From: Candidatus Poseidoniales archaeon
GTDB taxonomy: Archaea; Thermoplasmatota; Poseidoniia; Poseidoniales; Poseidoniaceae
Reading direction: 5' to 3'
Assembly: GCA_038150305.1 (NCBI GenBank)
Contig: JAYOTG010000006.1
Location: forward strand, 9,073-73,072
DNA length: 64,000 nt
A model generated the notes under the pieces. That model did no database searches. It was given only the letters and a program-made list of their open reading frames with translations, and had not been told where the DNA came from. The translations under genes and the position numbers were made by a program. The stretch's first letter is position 1. The number at the start of each line of letters is the position of its first letter. Below are positions 19,172 through 26,948 of this stretch, piece after piece.

Positions 19172-19744
19172 TCACATCGGCGCAATCAGACGATGGTCGG
19201 GTCCAACGACCAAGGTGCTGCGCCGCCGCGGATAGCGACGCGAGGTCGGGCGGACCGGGACCTGCGTATCGAGCGTCGTCCCTTGCCAATCAAGCGTCAC
19301 GTGCGTCCCACGCACGGTGGCGATGATGGCATCCTCGCCAACCCGCAACGATGCGACGGGACCGTCCATCTGGGCGAGGGTGCTGAAGGCCTCAGTCTCG
19401 AGGTCCACCACGGCAACCGTCCCGTTTGAGGTGGCCACCATCACGTCACCATGTTCCGTCGGGCTTGCGGCCAGCGCTCGAATTCGACCCGCGTTAAGTT
19501 CGACGCGAGCAGCGACTGTAGCGAGTTCCATGGGAATCACGTGAAGCCGTCCGTGCGCATCGCCGACCAAGAGGATGTCTTGCCCCTGGCGGTTCGGCAT
19601 CGTCAGCAACACGCTTGGGACAGAGGCGATGGTCACGCGACGCTCGCGGTGACCAGGGACGCGGAGGTTGATTGAGCCGTCGTCGTGAGCGACGACGGTG
19701 GTGTGTCCACTGATGAGGGAGCGAACGACGGTTTTGCTGCGCAT
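19172..19744 (-). CDS. hypothetical protein with beta-propeller-like (WD40/PQQ-like) repeats
   Basis: Four blade-like repeats: VVAHDDGSINLRV, LLVGDAHGRLHVI, VMVATSNGTVAVVDL and AIIATVRGTHVTLDW. No recognisable catalytic motif. Confidence 0.45.
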   Translation of the reverse strand: MRSKTVVRSLISGHTTVVAHDDGSINLRVPGHRERRVTIASVPSVLLTMPNRQGQDILLVGDAHGRLHVIPMELATVAARVELNAGRIRALAASPTEHGDVMVATSNGTVAVVDLETEAFSTLAQMDGPVASLRVGEDAIIATVRGTHVTLDWQGTTLDTQVPVRPTSRRYPRRRSTLVVGPDHRLIAPM

Positions 19745-19816
19745 ACCTTGGAACTGAACGCCGGGGGTTCACCTACGTTACCAAGGGGGTAGGTGTGAAA
19801 CTGAAAGTGAAGGTGA

Positions 19817-20083
19817 TCAGTAGTAATCGTCCTGTTTGTTCGTCTTTTTCCACGAACGGTAGCACGATTTGCAGACGCGAACGCGGTTCTTTCGGACGAT
19901 TACGGACTTGCCCCACATGTCCTCGGCGTCGGTCACGGAGAGGGAGCGTCCGCCCATGGTGCTGTCCGCCCAGCCCTCACAGCCGTTGACGCCACAGGGT
20001 TCCTTCCCGGTTTTCGCATCCTTTTTTTTCTCGTCGTCGCCGGTCTTCGCTTGGTTCGCCCTTGCGCGTGCCTTGAAGCCCAT
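19817..20083 (-). CDS. small basic Cys-rich (putative zinc-binding) protein
   Basis: 88 aa with a Lys-rich N-terminus and the cysteine pairs CGVNGC..x39..CKSC. It lies 43 nt downstream of tfb on the same strand. Confidence 0.5.
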   Translation of the reverse strand: MGFKARARANQAKTGDDEKKKDAKTGKEPCGVNGCEGWADSTMGGRSLSVTDAEDMWGKSVIVRKNRVRVCKSCYRSWKKTNKQDDYY

Positions 20084-20126
20084 GCGAGCGGGTCAAGTGC
20101 CCGACACAAGAAGGTTCGGACGCCGT

Positions 20127-21098
20127 TCAGGAGCGCTCTTCCATCCGGTCGAGGAGCACCAAGGTTTCGTTGATGATGCGAACCAAGCCACGGAGCGTCA
20201 CTTCCGAGACGTTTGCGATGCGGCAAATCTCAGACTGGGTGCGGGGCGTCTCTGAGGTTTGCGAGGCCTGGTAGATGATGGCCGCAGCGACGCCCATGGG
20301 CTTCTTGCCCTGCCAGACTTCGTCGTGCGGGGCGATCCTGTTCCAAATCTCGTCCACGTTAAGGCGGAAGGAGGGCGGCAAACCCAGGTCGTTGATGAAG
20401 CGGTCAAAGTACTGGTCTGGGCCGCTCACGCGGTGCAGGTTGAGCTCGCGGGATGCTTTGCGGATCAGGCGAGAAAGCTCCTTTTCGTCCACCCCAAAGG
20501 ATTCGCACAACTCAGGAATCTGACGGGGCAAGCGTTCCTCCCGCGCAACAAGGTAAGTGCACGCAGCGGTCACGCCGGCGATGGAGCGTCCGGTCACGAA
20601 TCCCTTGGAGGAGAGGTGCCGGTAGAGGCGGGCCACTTCTTCCTGAAGGGAGATGGGAAGTCCTGAGCGATCACGGATGAACTGGTTGGCCTTGACGAGG
20701 TTTCGCTCACGGGAACGACGGGTCTTGGATCGCTCGTCGATCACGCGTCGTCGTCGCCAGTCTCGGCGTGCCTGTGCGCTCATGCCATGCGAAGCGGCGG
20801 AACCCGAAGACAGGTCGCGCGCGTCAATGCTCGTGTTCAACCCGCGGTCAGCAAGCCGGTTGGTCATCGGCGCTCCTGTGCGGGCGCGGTCTTCACCGCG
20901 GTCCCGGTTGGTCCATTCCGCTCCAGGATCGATCAGGTTGTCGTCGGCAATGAGGCCGCAGACGTTGCAGACCACTTCGCCACGGCTCATGTCCATGTGC
21001 CAGTCCACAGCGCCACAGTCCTCGCACGGCGAAGAGTGGCCGTCGAGGGTGCGACGTGGCTTGTTCTGGGCTTGATGGCGGGGGTATGTACGGTCCAA
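20127..21098 (-). CDS. tfb: transcription initiation factor IIB (TFB)
   Basis: N-terminal zinc ribbon CEDCG..x17..CNVCG, a B-finger/linker, and two cyclin-fold repeats (SLQEEVARLYRHL.., RLNVDEIWNRI..). The track start at 21197 is a TTG that places a TTATATA box inside the ORF. I prefer TTG 21098, preceded by GGAG, which gives 323 aa. Confidence 0.88.
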   Translation of the reverse strand: MDRTYPRHQAQNKPRRTLDGHSSPCEDCGAVDWHMDMSRGEVVCNVCGLIADDNLIDPGAEWTNRDRGEDRARTGAPMTNRLADRGLNTSIDARDLSSGSAASHGMSAQARRDWRRRRVIDERSKTRRSRERNLVKANQFIRDRSGLPISLQEEVARLYRHLSSKGFVTGRSIAGVTAACTYLVAREERLPRQIPELCESFGVDEKELSRLIRKASRELNLHRVSGPDQYFDRFINDLGLPPSFRLNVDEIWNRIAPHDEVWQGKKPMGVAAAIIYQASQTSETPRTQSEICRIANVSEVTLRGLVRIINETLVLLDRMEERS

Positions 21099-21134
21099 CT
21101 TCTCAACTCCTTGTTCAATAGTGGTTTTCCAGAG

Positions 21135-21141
21135 TATATAA
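21135..21141 (-). promoter_or_regulatory. TATA box (TTATATA) of tfb
   Basis: Best TATA consensus in the window. On the minus strand it lies 37-43 nt upstream of TTG 21098. Confidence 0.45.
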
Positions 21142-21323
21142 TTGTGCGTCCGAACGGTGCAAACAGAATCCGAAGGCTGTGCGTGTTTACCTTCCAATTC
21201 GGTGCAACAAATGCACCAAGGTGGAAACGGTGAACCTTGTTAAATCTCAGCACCATATTCTCATGAGGTCGACTCAGGCAGGTTGATGGAGCGGTCATGC
21301 CGACCTCGGCTCGGAGTGAGCAC

Positions 21324-22625
21324 ATGCCAGCGACCGTCGTCTTGGGTGCGCAATGGGGCGACGAGGGCAAAGGCAAGCTGGTGGACCGGCTGGCCGAAGG
21401 CGCGAGCATGGTGGCCCGCTTCCAAGGCGGCAACAACGCCGGCCACACCGTCGTCCTTGGCGAGCGGGTGCTGAAGTTCCACCTCCTTCCTTCGGGCATC
21501 ACCCGCGAAGACTGCAGGCTCGTCCTTGGGGACGGTATGGTGATCGACCCGTGGGTCCTCGACCAAGAGCTGCAAGGCTGGACCGCTGAGACCGGCCAAG
21601 AGGTCCGTGGGCACCGCCTGTTCATCTCCGAGCGCGCCCACATCATCCTCCGTTACCACCGGTTGTTGGACGGTTTGGACACCGTCATCGGGACCACCGG
21701 GCGCGGCATCGGTCCGACCTACGCGGACAAGATCAACCGGATTGGCGTCCGCTTCGGTGACGTCGTCGAACTGCTTGCGGACGACGCGGCCTTGTCAGCG
21801 ATGGCCGAACGCATGACCGCCTCGCTCGCCGCGGGTGGTTTGGACGAGCCGATCACGGCGGCCAGTTTGCACGAGGACCTCGCGTGGGTCAACGCCACCT
21901 ACGCTTCCTCCATCGCCAACACCGGCCTCATGCTCGACCACGCCCTGTCGCTTGGAGAACGCATCATCCTCGAAGGAGCCCAAGGCTGCCTCCTCGACAT
22001 CGACCAGGGGACCTATCCGTTCGTGACCTCCTCGGTCACCTCGCGTGGCAACGCCACCCATGGCGCCGGCATTCATCCGGGTCACGTGGACGAGGTCATT
22101 GGCATCACGAAGGCCTACATCACCCGGGTCGGCAACGGCGCCATGCCTACCGAACTCGAGGACGAGATTGGGCATCATCTGGGAACGGTCGGCCACGAGT
22201 TCGGCACCACGACCGGTCGCAAGCGACGTTGCGGCTGGTTCGATGCCGTCGTGATGCGGCACGCCCAGCGTGTGAACGGCTTCACGTCGCTCGCTCTGAC
22301 CAAGCTCGACGTGCTCGGGGGCCTCGATACGCTGCGCATCTGCGTCGGGTACCGCCTCGACGGCCACGACATCACCGAGATGCCGGCGAGCGCCTCCGCC
22401 CTTGCCCGCTGCGAACCCATCTACCTCGACAGGCCCGGCTTCGAGGCCTTGACCGACGAGGGTTGGCTCAACTGGGCGCGCCGCGCCAACGCCAACGGCC
22501 TTGGCTTCGCTGCGCTCCCTCAGGCCGCGCAAGACTACATCGCTCGTCTCGAAGCCCTGACCGGCGTCACCGTATCCAGCGTCGGCGTGGGTCCAGATCG
22601 CGACGCGACCATCGACCGGGCTTGA
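21324..22625 (+). CDS. purA: adenylosuccinate synthetase
   Basis: MPATVVLGAQWGDEGKGKLVD P-loop, GNNAGHTV, GTTGRGIGPTYADK and TKLDVL. An alternative ATG at 21297 would add 9 aa. Confidence 0.93.
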   Translation: MPATVVLGAQWGDEGKGKLVDRLAEGASMVARFQGGNNAGHTVVLGERVLKFHLLPSGITREDCRLVLGDGMVIDPWVLDQELQGWTAETGQEVRGHRLFISERAHIILRYHRLLDGLDTVIGTTGRGIGPTYADKINRIGVRFGDVVELLADDAALSAMAERMTASLAAGGLDEPITAASLHEDLAWVNATYASSIANTGLMLDHALSLGERIILEGAQGCLLDIDQGTYPFVTSSVTSRGNATHGAGIHPGHVDEVIGITKAYITRVGNGAMPTELEDEIGHHLGTVGHEFGTTTGRKRRCGWFDAVVMRHAQRVNGFTSLALTKLDVLGGLDTLRICVGYRLDGHDITEMPASASALARCEPIYLDRPGFEALTDEGWLNWARRANANGLGFAALPQAAQDYIARLEALTGVTVSSVGVGPDRDATIDRA

Positions 22626-22685
22626 GGCCTCGACCCCGTCGCGCTTCCACAGGGATGATATGCAACCGGCCTACCGGCAGGGCAG

Positions 22686-22758
22686 GGGCGCTTAGCTCAG
22701 TTGGAAGAGCGTCTGGTTTGCAACCAGAAGGCCGGGGGTTCAAATCCCCCAGCGTCCA
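22686..22758 (+). tRNA. tRNA-Ala (anticodon UGC)
   Basis: Manual cloverleaf folding. Acceptor stem GGGCGCT/AGCGTCC carries the G3:U70 alanine identity pair. D arm GCTC-AGTTGGAA-GAGC. Anticodon arm TCTGG-TTTGCAA-CCAGA. Variable loop AGGCC. T arm GGGGG-TTCAAAT-CCCCC. Discriminator A. CCA is not encoded. Confidence 0.93.
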
Positions 22759-22933
22759 CTTTGCCTCCTGCTGTTGCTGGCGTGGACGCTTTGCCACGGG
22801 CTTCCCTCGCTACGCTCAGTCCAGCCCGTTGGCCCCAGCGTCCCTGATGGCTATGCATGCGATGGAGTCCGATTCTGAGTTGGTACCACGAGCGTTGCCG
22901 AAGTCTCTTTGTTTGCGACGGAATGGTTGAATC

Positions 22934-25900
22934 ATGCGCGTGTGGATGGTGACCGCCATTCTGCTGGCCGTCGCGCTCGCACCGGTGTTCGATGCACCCA
23001 CCGAATTGGGCGATGTTTCGCACGACGTCCAGCCTTCCAGCCCGCTGCAGGCCACCGTCTCGCCCAGCACGGGCTGGACCGCCGGCGGCCAGGAGGTCAC
23101 CATCACCGGCAGCGGGTTCCTCGACCTGGCGGACAGGAACGTGACCGACGATGGGCAGACCCACCAATGGGCGCAGACGACGGCGGATTACAGCGATGAA
23201 GCCGGCCGGTGGAATGCCGTGGCCGTGGATTCAAACGGCCATGTCCACGTGGTTCACATCAAAGATACGAGTTACCAACTCCGGCACAGCGTCTATGACG
23301 GGACGAGTTGGAGTTCTTCGGCCATCAAAAATTGCGGACACACCTATTGTTGGGACGTTCACATGGTCATCGACGGCAACGATGAGCTTCACGTGGCGTA
23401 CACGACCTACACCCAATGGGCTGAAACGCTGCAGTACATGCACTACGACGGCACCACGTGGACCAGCTCAGAGGCCTCACCAAGCGCCCTCTTCGGGCCG
23501 GTGGGCATCGCCGTCGACTCGAACAATCACCCGCACATCTCCTACGCCGCCAACGGGCAATACTGCGGCAATGGCCTCCGCCTTGCTTCACATGACGGCA
23601 CCGGGTGGTCGAACCAAGGGGTCGACGTCGGAAGCATTCGGGGTTGCGATTCGGCGATTCTGATCGACGAGAACGACCACACCTACATCGCCTACCAAGA
23701 CCGCAGCGCATCGAAATTGAAGATCGCCACGGACAAGAACGGCCAATGGGACGACTACACCGTCAACACAGGGAGCCATCCAAGCGACATTTACCCTGGC
23801 TACATGACGTCGATGGCCATGGACACACAAGGCCAGTTTCACATCGCCCATTTTGAGGAGCAAGACGACGATTTGCGGTATTCAACCGGCGCTCCAGGCG
23901 GGCCGTGGACCACCACCGTCGTCGATGCCTCAGGGCACACGGGACGCGACCCCTCCATCGCCGTTGACGCCGCGGACCGACCGCACATCGTGTACCACAC
24001 GTGGACCGGTCAGAACCTGAAATACGCCACGCTCGACTCGCCCACGTCCAACTGGGCCGTCACCACCCTCGCGAACACGGGCGATGTGGGAGAAGGAAAC
24101 GCCATCGTCATCGATTCGAGTGGCGTCATGCACGTGCCGTTCAACGACGCAACAACGGGCTACATGGAGTACATGTCGAAATCCACGGGATTGAGCATCA
24201 CGGACGAGGTCACGGTTGAATTCGGTCAGCTTGGCGCCGTGACGGCCGATGTGGTCAGCGACACGACGATCCACGTGACCACGCCCAGCGTCGGCTCTGC
24301 GGGGACGGTCGACCTCACGCTGGTCGACAAGGACGGGAACGAACACCTGCTGTCCTCCTCCTTCGAGTTCATTGATCAGAACGACCTCGATGGCGACGGC
24401 GTGCAGAATGCCGACGACGATTGTCCCAACGATGCGGGGACCTCCACGCAGGACCTGGACGGCTGTCCTGACGACGACGGCGACGGCTACAGCGACGCCG
24501 GCGACGCCTTCCCCGACGACGCCAACGAGTGGGAGGACAGCGACGGCGACGGTGTGGGCAACAACGCCGACGCCTTCCCCAACGATGCCACCGAGACCTT
24601 CGACAGCGACGGTGACGGCGTGGGCGACAACAGCGACATGTTCCCCTTCAACGCCTTCGAGACCTTCGATTCCGACGGCGACGGCGTGGGCGACAACGGT
24701 GACGCCTTCCCGAACGACGCCTCAGAATCCGCCGACACGGACGGTGACGGCGTGGGCGACAACGCCGATGCCTTCCCGACAAACGCCTTTGAGCAGTACG
24801 ATTCCGACGCCGACGGCGTCGGCGACAACACGGACGCCTTCCCGAACGATGCGAGCGAGTCCGCCGATACCGACGGTGATGGCGTGGGCGACAACGCCGA
24901 CGCCTTCCCGAACGACGCGAGTGAATCCGTGGATTCCGACGGCGACGGCATCGGTGACAACGCCGATGCCTATCCAAACAACGCCAACGAATCGATGGAT
25001 ACCGACGGCGACGGCATCGGCGACGCGGCCGATCAATGCCCCGACACCGAGAGTGGCGTCACGGTTGATGCCAACGGATGCGTCCTCGACGGCGACAACG
25101 ACGGCGTTCCTGACGTCAACGACCAATGTCCAGAGGTGGACGCCTCGGACCTCGATGAGAACGGTGACGGATGCCTCGACGACGACGACGGTGACGGGGT
25201 GCTCAACCCGCAGGACGACTGCCCCTCAACAGAGGGCGGCGCTGAGGTCTCGGAACAAGGCTGCAGCGAAGCCCAACTGAGGCTTCTGGACGAGGATTCC
25301 GACGGCGTCTCCGACTTCGAAGACGTCTGCCCCTTCACGCCTCCAAACACCGTCGTCAACGCCGTGGGCTGCGTGGACGTGGTTGAAGAGGACGGTGAGG
25401 AAGCGACAACCTCCGGGCTGGCCTCCTTCTTTGCAGGACAGAACGATCCGGTGCGCACCACCGTGAGCATTGGCGCTGTCTTGCTGGCCCTGTTTAGCCT
25501 GCTCCAAACGAACGCCGTGGCGGCGATGCTTCCCGAGACCTTCCGCTGGATGCAGGTGCTTCGCAAGAACGCCAAACTCACCGAGGAAGAACGCGAGGAG
25601 CTGCGCTATTTGCAGTCCATCACGCAAGCCTACCACCACCTCCCGCAGGAGTTCGCCGACGAACTCGACCAACTGAAGGCCGACCTCACGGGCCGTTACA
25701 CCAACAACGAGATCACGAAAGAGACGAGGGAGAAGCTGTTCACCCTCATCGAGGACCTGCGCGGCTCGACGCCAGAGGAATTGTACCGCATCGCCCACAA
25801 CGAGGCCTACTTTGGGCTCGCCGGCGCCATCGACTCAGAGGACAGGACGAGGCTGCTTCACGAGAAGCTGGCCATGAGCGACGAGGGCGTGAACCCTGTG

Positions 25901-26071
25901 TCCACCTCGGCCGCCCTTCCCGGTCAGGCGCTGGTCGTCAACGAGCCGCCGGTGTCCGAAGTCGGCGTGGTCAAGGACGACGGTTACGAATGGATTCAGT
26001 GGCCGCCTGGTCACGCCGATTGGTGGTACCGAGCTGCCCATTCCAACGACCTCTGGCAACGGTGGGAATGA
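22934..26071 (+). CDS. giant surface protein: signal peptide, IPT/TIG domains, beta-propeller-like repeats, thrombospondin type 3 Ca-binding repeats, TM helix, helical cytoplasmic domain with Trp-rich end
   Basis: MRVWMVTAILLAVALAPVF is a signal peptide. VSPSTGWTAGGQEVTITGSGF is IPT-like. Repeated HVAY/HIAY/HIVYH blade motifs follow, then a DxDxDGxxDxxD array. The TM helix is VSIGAVLLALFSLL, and the C-terminus reads DDGYEWIQWPPGHADWWYRAAHSNDLWQRWE. Confidence 0.85.
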   Translation: MRVWMVTAILLAVALAPVFDAPTELGDVSHDVQPSSPLQATVSPSTGWTAGGQEVTITGSGFLDLADRNVTDDGQTHQWAQTTADYSDEAGRWNAVAVDSNGHVHVVHIKDTSYQLRHSVYDGTSWSSSAIKNCGHTYCWDVHMVIDGNDELHVAYTTYTQWAETLQYMHYDGTTWTSSEASPSALFGPVGIAVDSNNHPHISYAANGQYCGNGLRLASHDGTGWSNQGVDVGSIRGCDSAILIDENDHTYIAYQDRSASKLKIATDKNGQWDDYTVNTGSHPSDIYPGYMTSMAMDTQGQFHIAHFEEQDDDLRYSTGAPGGPWTTTVVDASGHTGRDPSIAVDAADRPHIVYHTWTGQNLKYATLDSPTSNWAVTTLANTGDVGEGNAIVIDSSGVMHVPFNDATTGYMEYMSKSTGLSITDEVTVEFGQLGAVTADVVSDTTIHVTTPSVGSAGTVDLTLVDKDGNEHLLSSSFEFIDQNDLDGDGVQNADDDCPNDAGTSTQDLDGCPDDDGDGYSDAGDAFPDDANEWEDSDGDGVGNNADAFPNDATETFDSDGDGVGDNSDMFPFNAFETFDSDGDGVGDNGDAFPNDASESADTDGDGVGDNADAFPTNAFEQYDSDADGVGDNTDAFPNDASESADTDGDGVGDNADAFPNDASESVDSDGDGIGDNADAYPNNANESMDTDGDGIGDAADQCPDTESGVTVDANGCVLDGDNDGVPDVNDQCPEVDASDLDENGDGCLDDDDGDGVLNPQDDCPSTEGGAEVSEQGCSEAQLRLLDEDSDGVSDFEDVCPFTPPNTVVNAVGCVDVVEEDGEEATTSGLASFFAGQNDPVRTTVSIGAVLLALFSLLQTNAVAAMLPETFRWMQVLRKNAKLTEEEREELRYLQSITQAYHHLPQEFADELDQLKADLTGRYTNNEITKETREKLFTLIEDLRGSTPEELYRIAHNEAYFGLAGAIDSEDRTRLLHEKLAMSDEGVNPVSTSAALPGQALVVNEPPVSEVGVVKDDGYEWIQWPPGHADWWYRAAHSNDLWQRWE
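24536..25063 (+). repeat. 8 tandem in-frame 66-bp (22-aa) thrombospondin type 3-like repeats
   Basis: Repeat units start at 24536, 24602, 24668, 24734, 24800, 24866, 24932 and 24998, an exact 66-bp phase. The consensus is DSDGDGVGDNADAFPNDASExx. Looser TSP3 units extend to about 24385..25340. Confidence 0.9.
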
Positions 26072-26139
26072 GTCCTCCCGCACCAGGGCGTTCACCCAGG
26101 TCCGGCACGACGGGACGCTCACGAAGGCGACCGCAATGG

Positions 26140-26147
26140 TTCAAAGT
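26140..26147 (+). promoter_or_regulatory. TATA-like box TTCAAAGT 29 nt upstream of ATG 26169
   Basis: The spacing is identical to the other boxes. It argues against the track start at 26136. Confidence 0.3.
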
Positions 26148-26168
26148 CCGCCTTCACAACCACCCTGC

Positions 26169-26558
26169 ATGACCTGCCGCGTCTTCGTGAAATTCGTCTC
26201 CGACCCTGAAATTGACCCAATGAAATCCGTCGTCGGCCTTGCCTGCGCCGCGCAAGCCGTCAGCGACGGTCACGACGTGGACGTGTTCTTCGCGGCGGCG
26301 TCCACGCGCATGCTCGTTCCCGGTTACCTTGAGGGCCTCGCGGAGCGGATGGGTGCGCCTCCAGCGATGGCGCAGGGCTTTGTTCAAACGCTGATCGACG
26401 GCGCCCGATGGCACTGTTCCTTCAACTCGCTCAAGGCCACCGCTGACATCGAAGAAGGCCAGAGCGGCATCATCGTGCCCGACGAGGCCATCGCGTGGAG
26501 CGGCCCTCCCGGGGTCATCGCCTTGGCCACCGCAGCGGACACCGTCCTCTGCTACTGA
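26169..26558 (+). CDS. DsrE/DsrF-like family protein
   Basis: MTCRVFVKFVSDP..VVGLACAAQAVSDGHDVDVFFAAASTRML..WHCSFNSL..VLCY. The layout is typical of the small DsrE-fold family. The assignment rests on pattern only. Confidence 0.5.
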   Translation: MTCRVFVKFVSDPEIDPMKSVVGLACAAQAVSDGHDVDVFFAAASTRMLVPGYLEGLAERMGAPPAMAQGFVQTLIDGARWHCSFNSLKATADIEEGQSGIIVPDEAIAWSGPPGVIALATAADTVLCY

Positions 26559-26580
26559 CCCGCGCTGAAGGAAGGGCTAA

Positions 26581-26892
26581 GTGCAGAAGCACGGGTCACG
26601 TCTCATGCTCAACGACATGGAGTGGGACATGGCCGGCGCCCTTGGCCGCCTTTTGGCCGCATTGAAGGAAAAAGGAATGACCGCTGACGAAGCCTTCGAG
26701 CAGATCGACACGGACGAGGACGGGAAGCTCAACGGACCCGAACTCCTGAACGGCCTGTCGGCCCTTCTTGGCGAGGACCTCGACCCTGCCAAGGTGTCTC
26801 GCATCATCACCTCCTCGGACGTCGACATCAACCACCGCGTCGACTTGTTTGAGTGGCGCGCGATGCTCGGTCCCACTGGCGAGGAAGAGTAA
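26581..26892 (+). CDS. EF-hand pair calcium-binding protein
   Basis: Canonical loop DTDEDGKLNGPE (26707..26742) is flanked by helices. The second loop, DVDINHRVDLFE, is near-canonical. GTG 26581 is preceded by GGAAGGG; ATG 26605 is an alternative. Confidence 0.65.
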   Translation: MQKHGSRLMLNDMEWDMAGALGRLLAALKEKGMTADEAFEQIDTDEDGKLNGPELLNGLSALLGEDLDPAKVSRIITSSDVDINHRVDLFEWRAMLGPTGEEE

Positions 26893-26948
26893 ACAGGGTC
26901 CCGCTTACAGGCGGAAGGCCTTAGAGGGCTTGCGCAGGGCAAGCGAAC

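Noticed and set aside
19767-19798. Imperfect inverted repeat GGGGGTTCACCTAC..GGGGGTAGGTGTGAA between two minus-strand genes
   Set aside because: It forms only about 9 bp with a 2-nt bulge and a 12-nt loop. That is within chance expectation for a GC-rich spacer, and no T-tract or second copy supports a terminator or operator role.
20022-20029. T8 run (A8 on the coding strand) inside the small Cys-rich gene, considered as a slippery or frameshift site or a terminator
   Set aside because: The ORF reads through it in frame as Lys codons (EKKKD). No alternative frame continues productively.
21201-21217. Palindrome GGTGCA-N5-TGCACC in the tfb/purA divergent spacer
   Set aside because: With 6-bp arms, my rough estimate is that one such palindrome is not unlikely by chance in a ~225-bp spacer. 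No second copy was seen in other promoters of the window.
21884-22930. 348-aa + strand ORF in an alternative purA frame, running through the tRNA-Ala gene
   Set aside because: It overlaps the strongly supported purA frame and a structurally perfect tRNA. Its product is Arg/Pro-rich.
24536-25063. Regularly spaced 66-bp repeats that could be mistaken for a CRISPR-like array
   Set aside because: There are no unique spacers. The units are contiguous, in frame and encode Ca-binding TSP3 repeats inside a long ORF.
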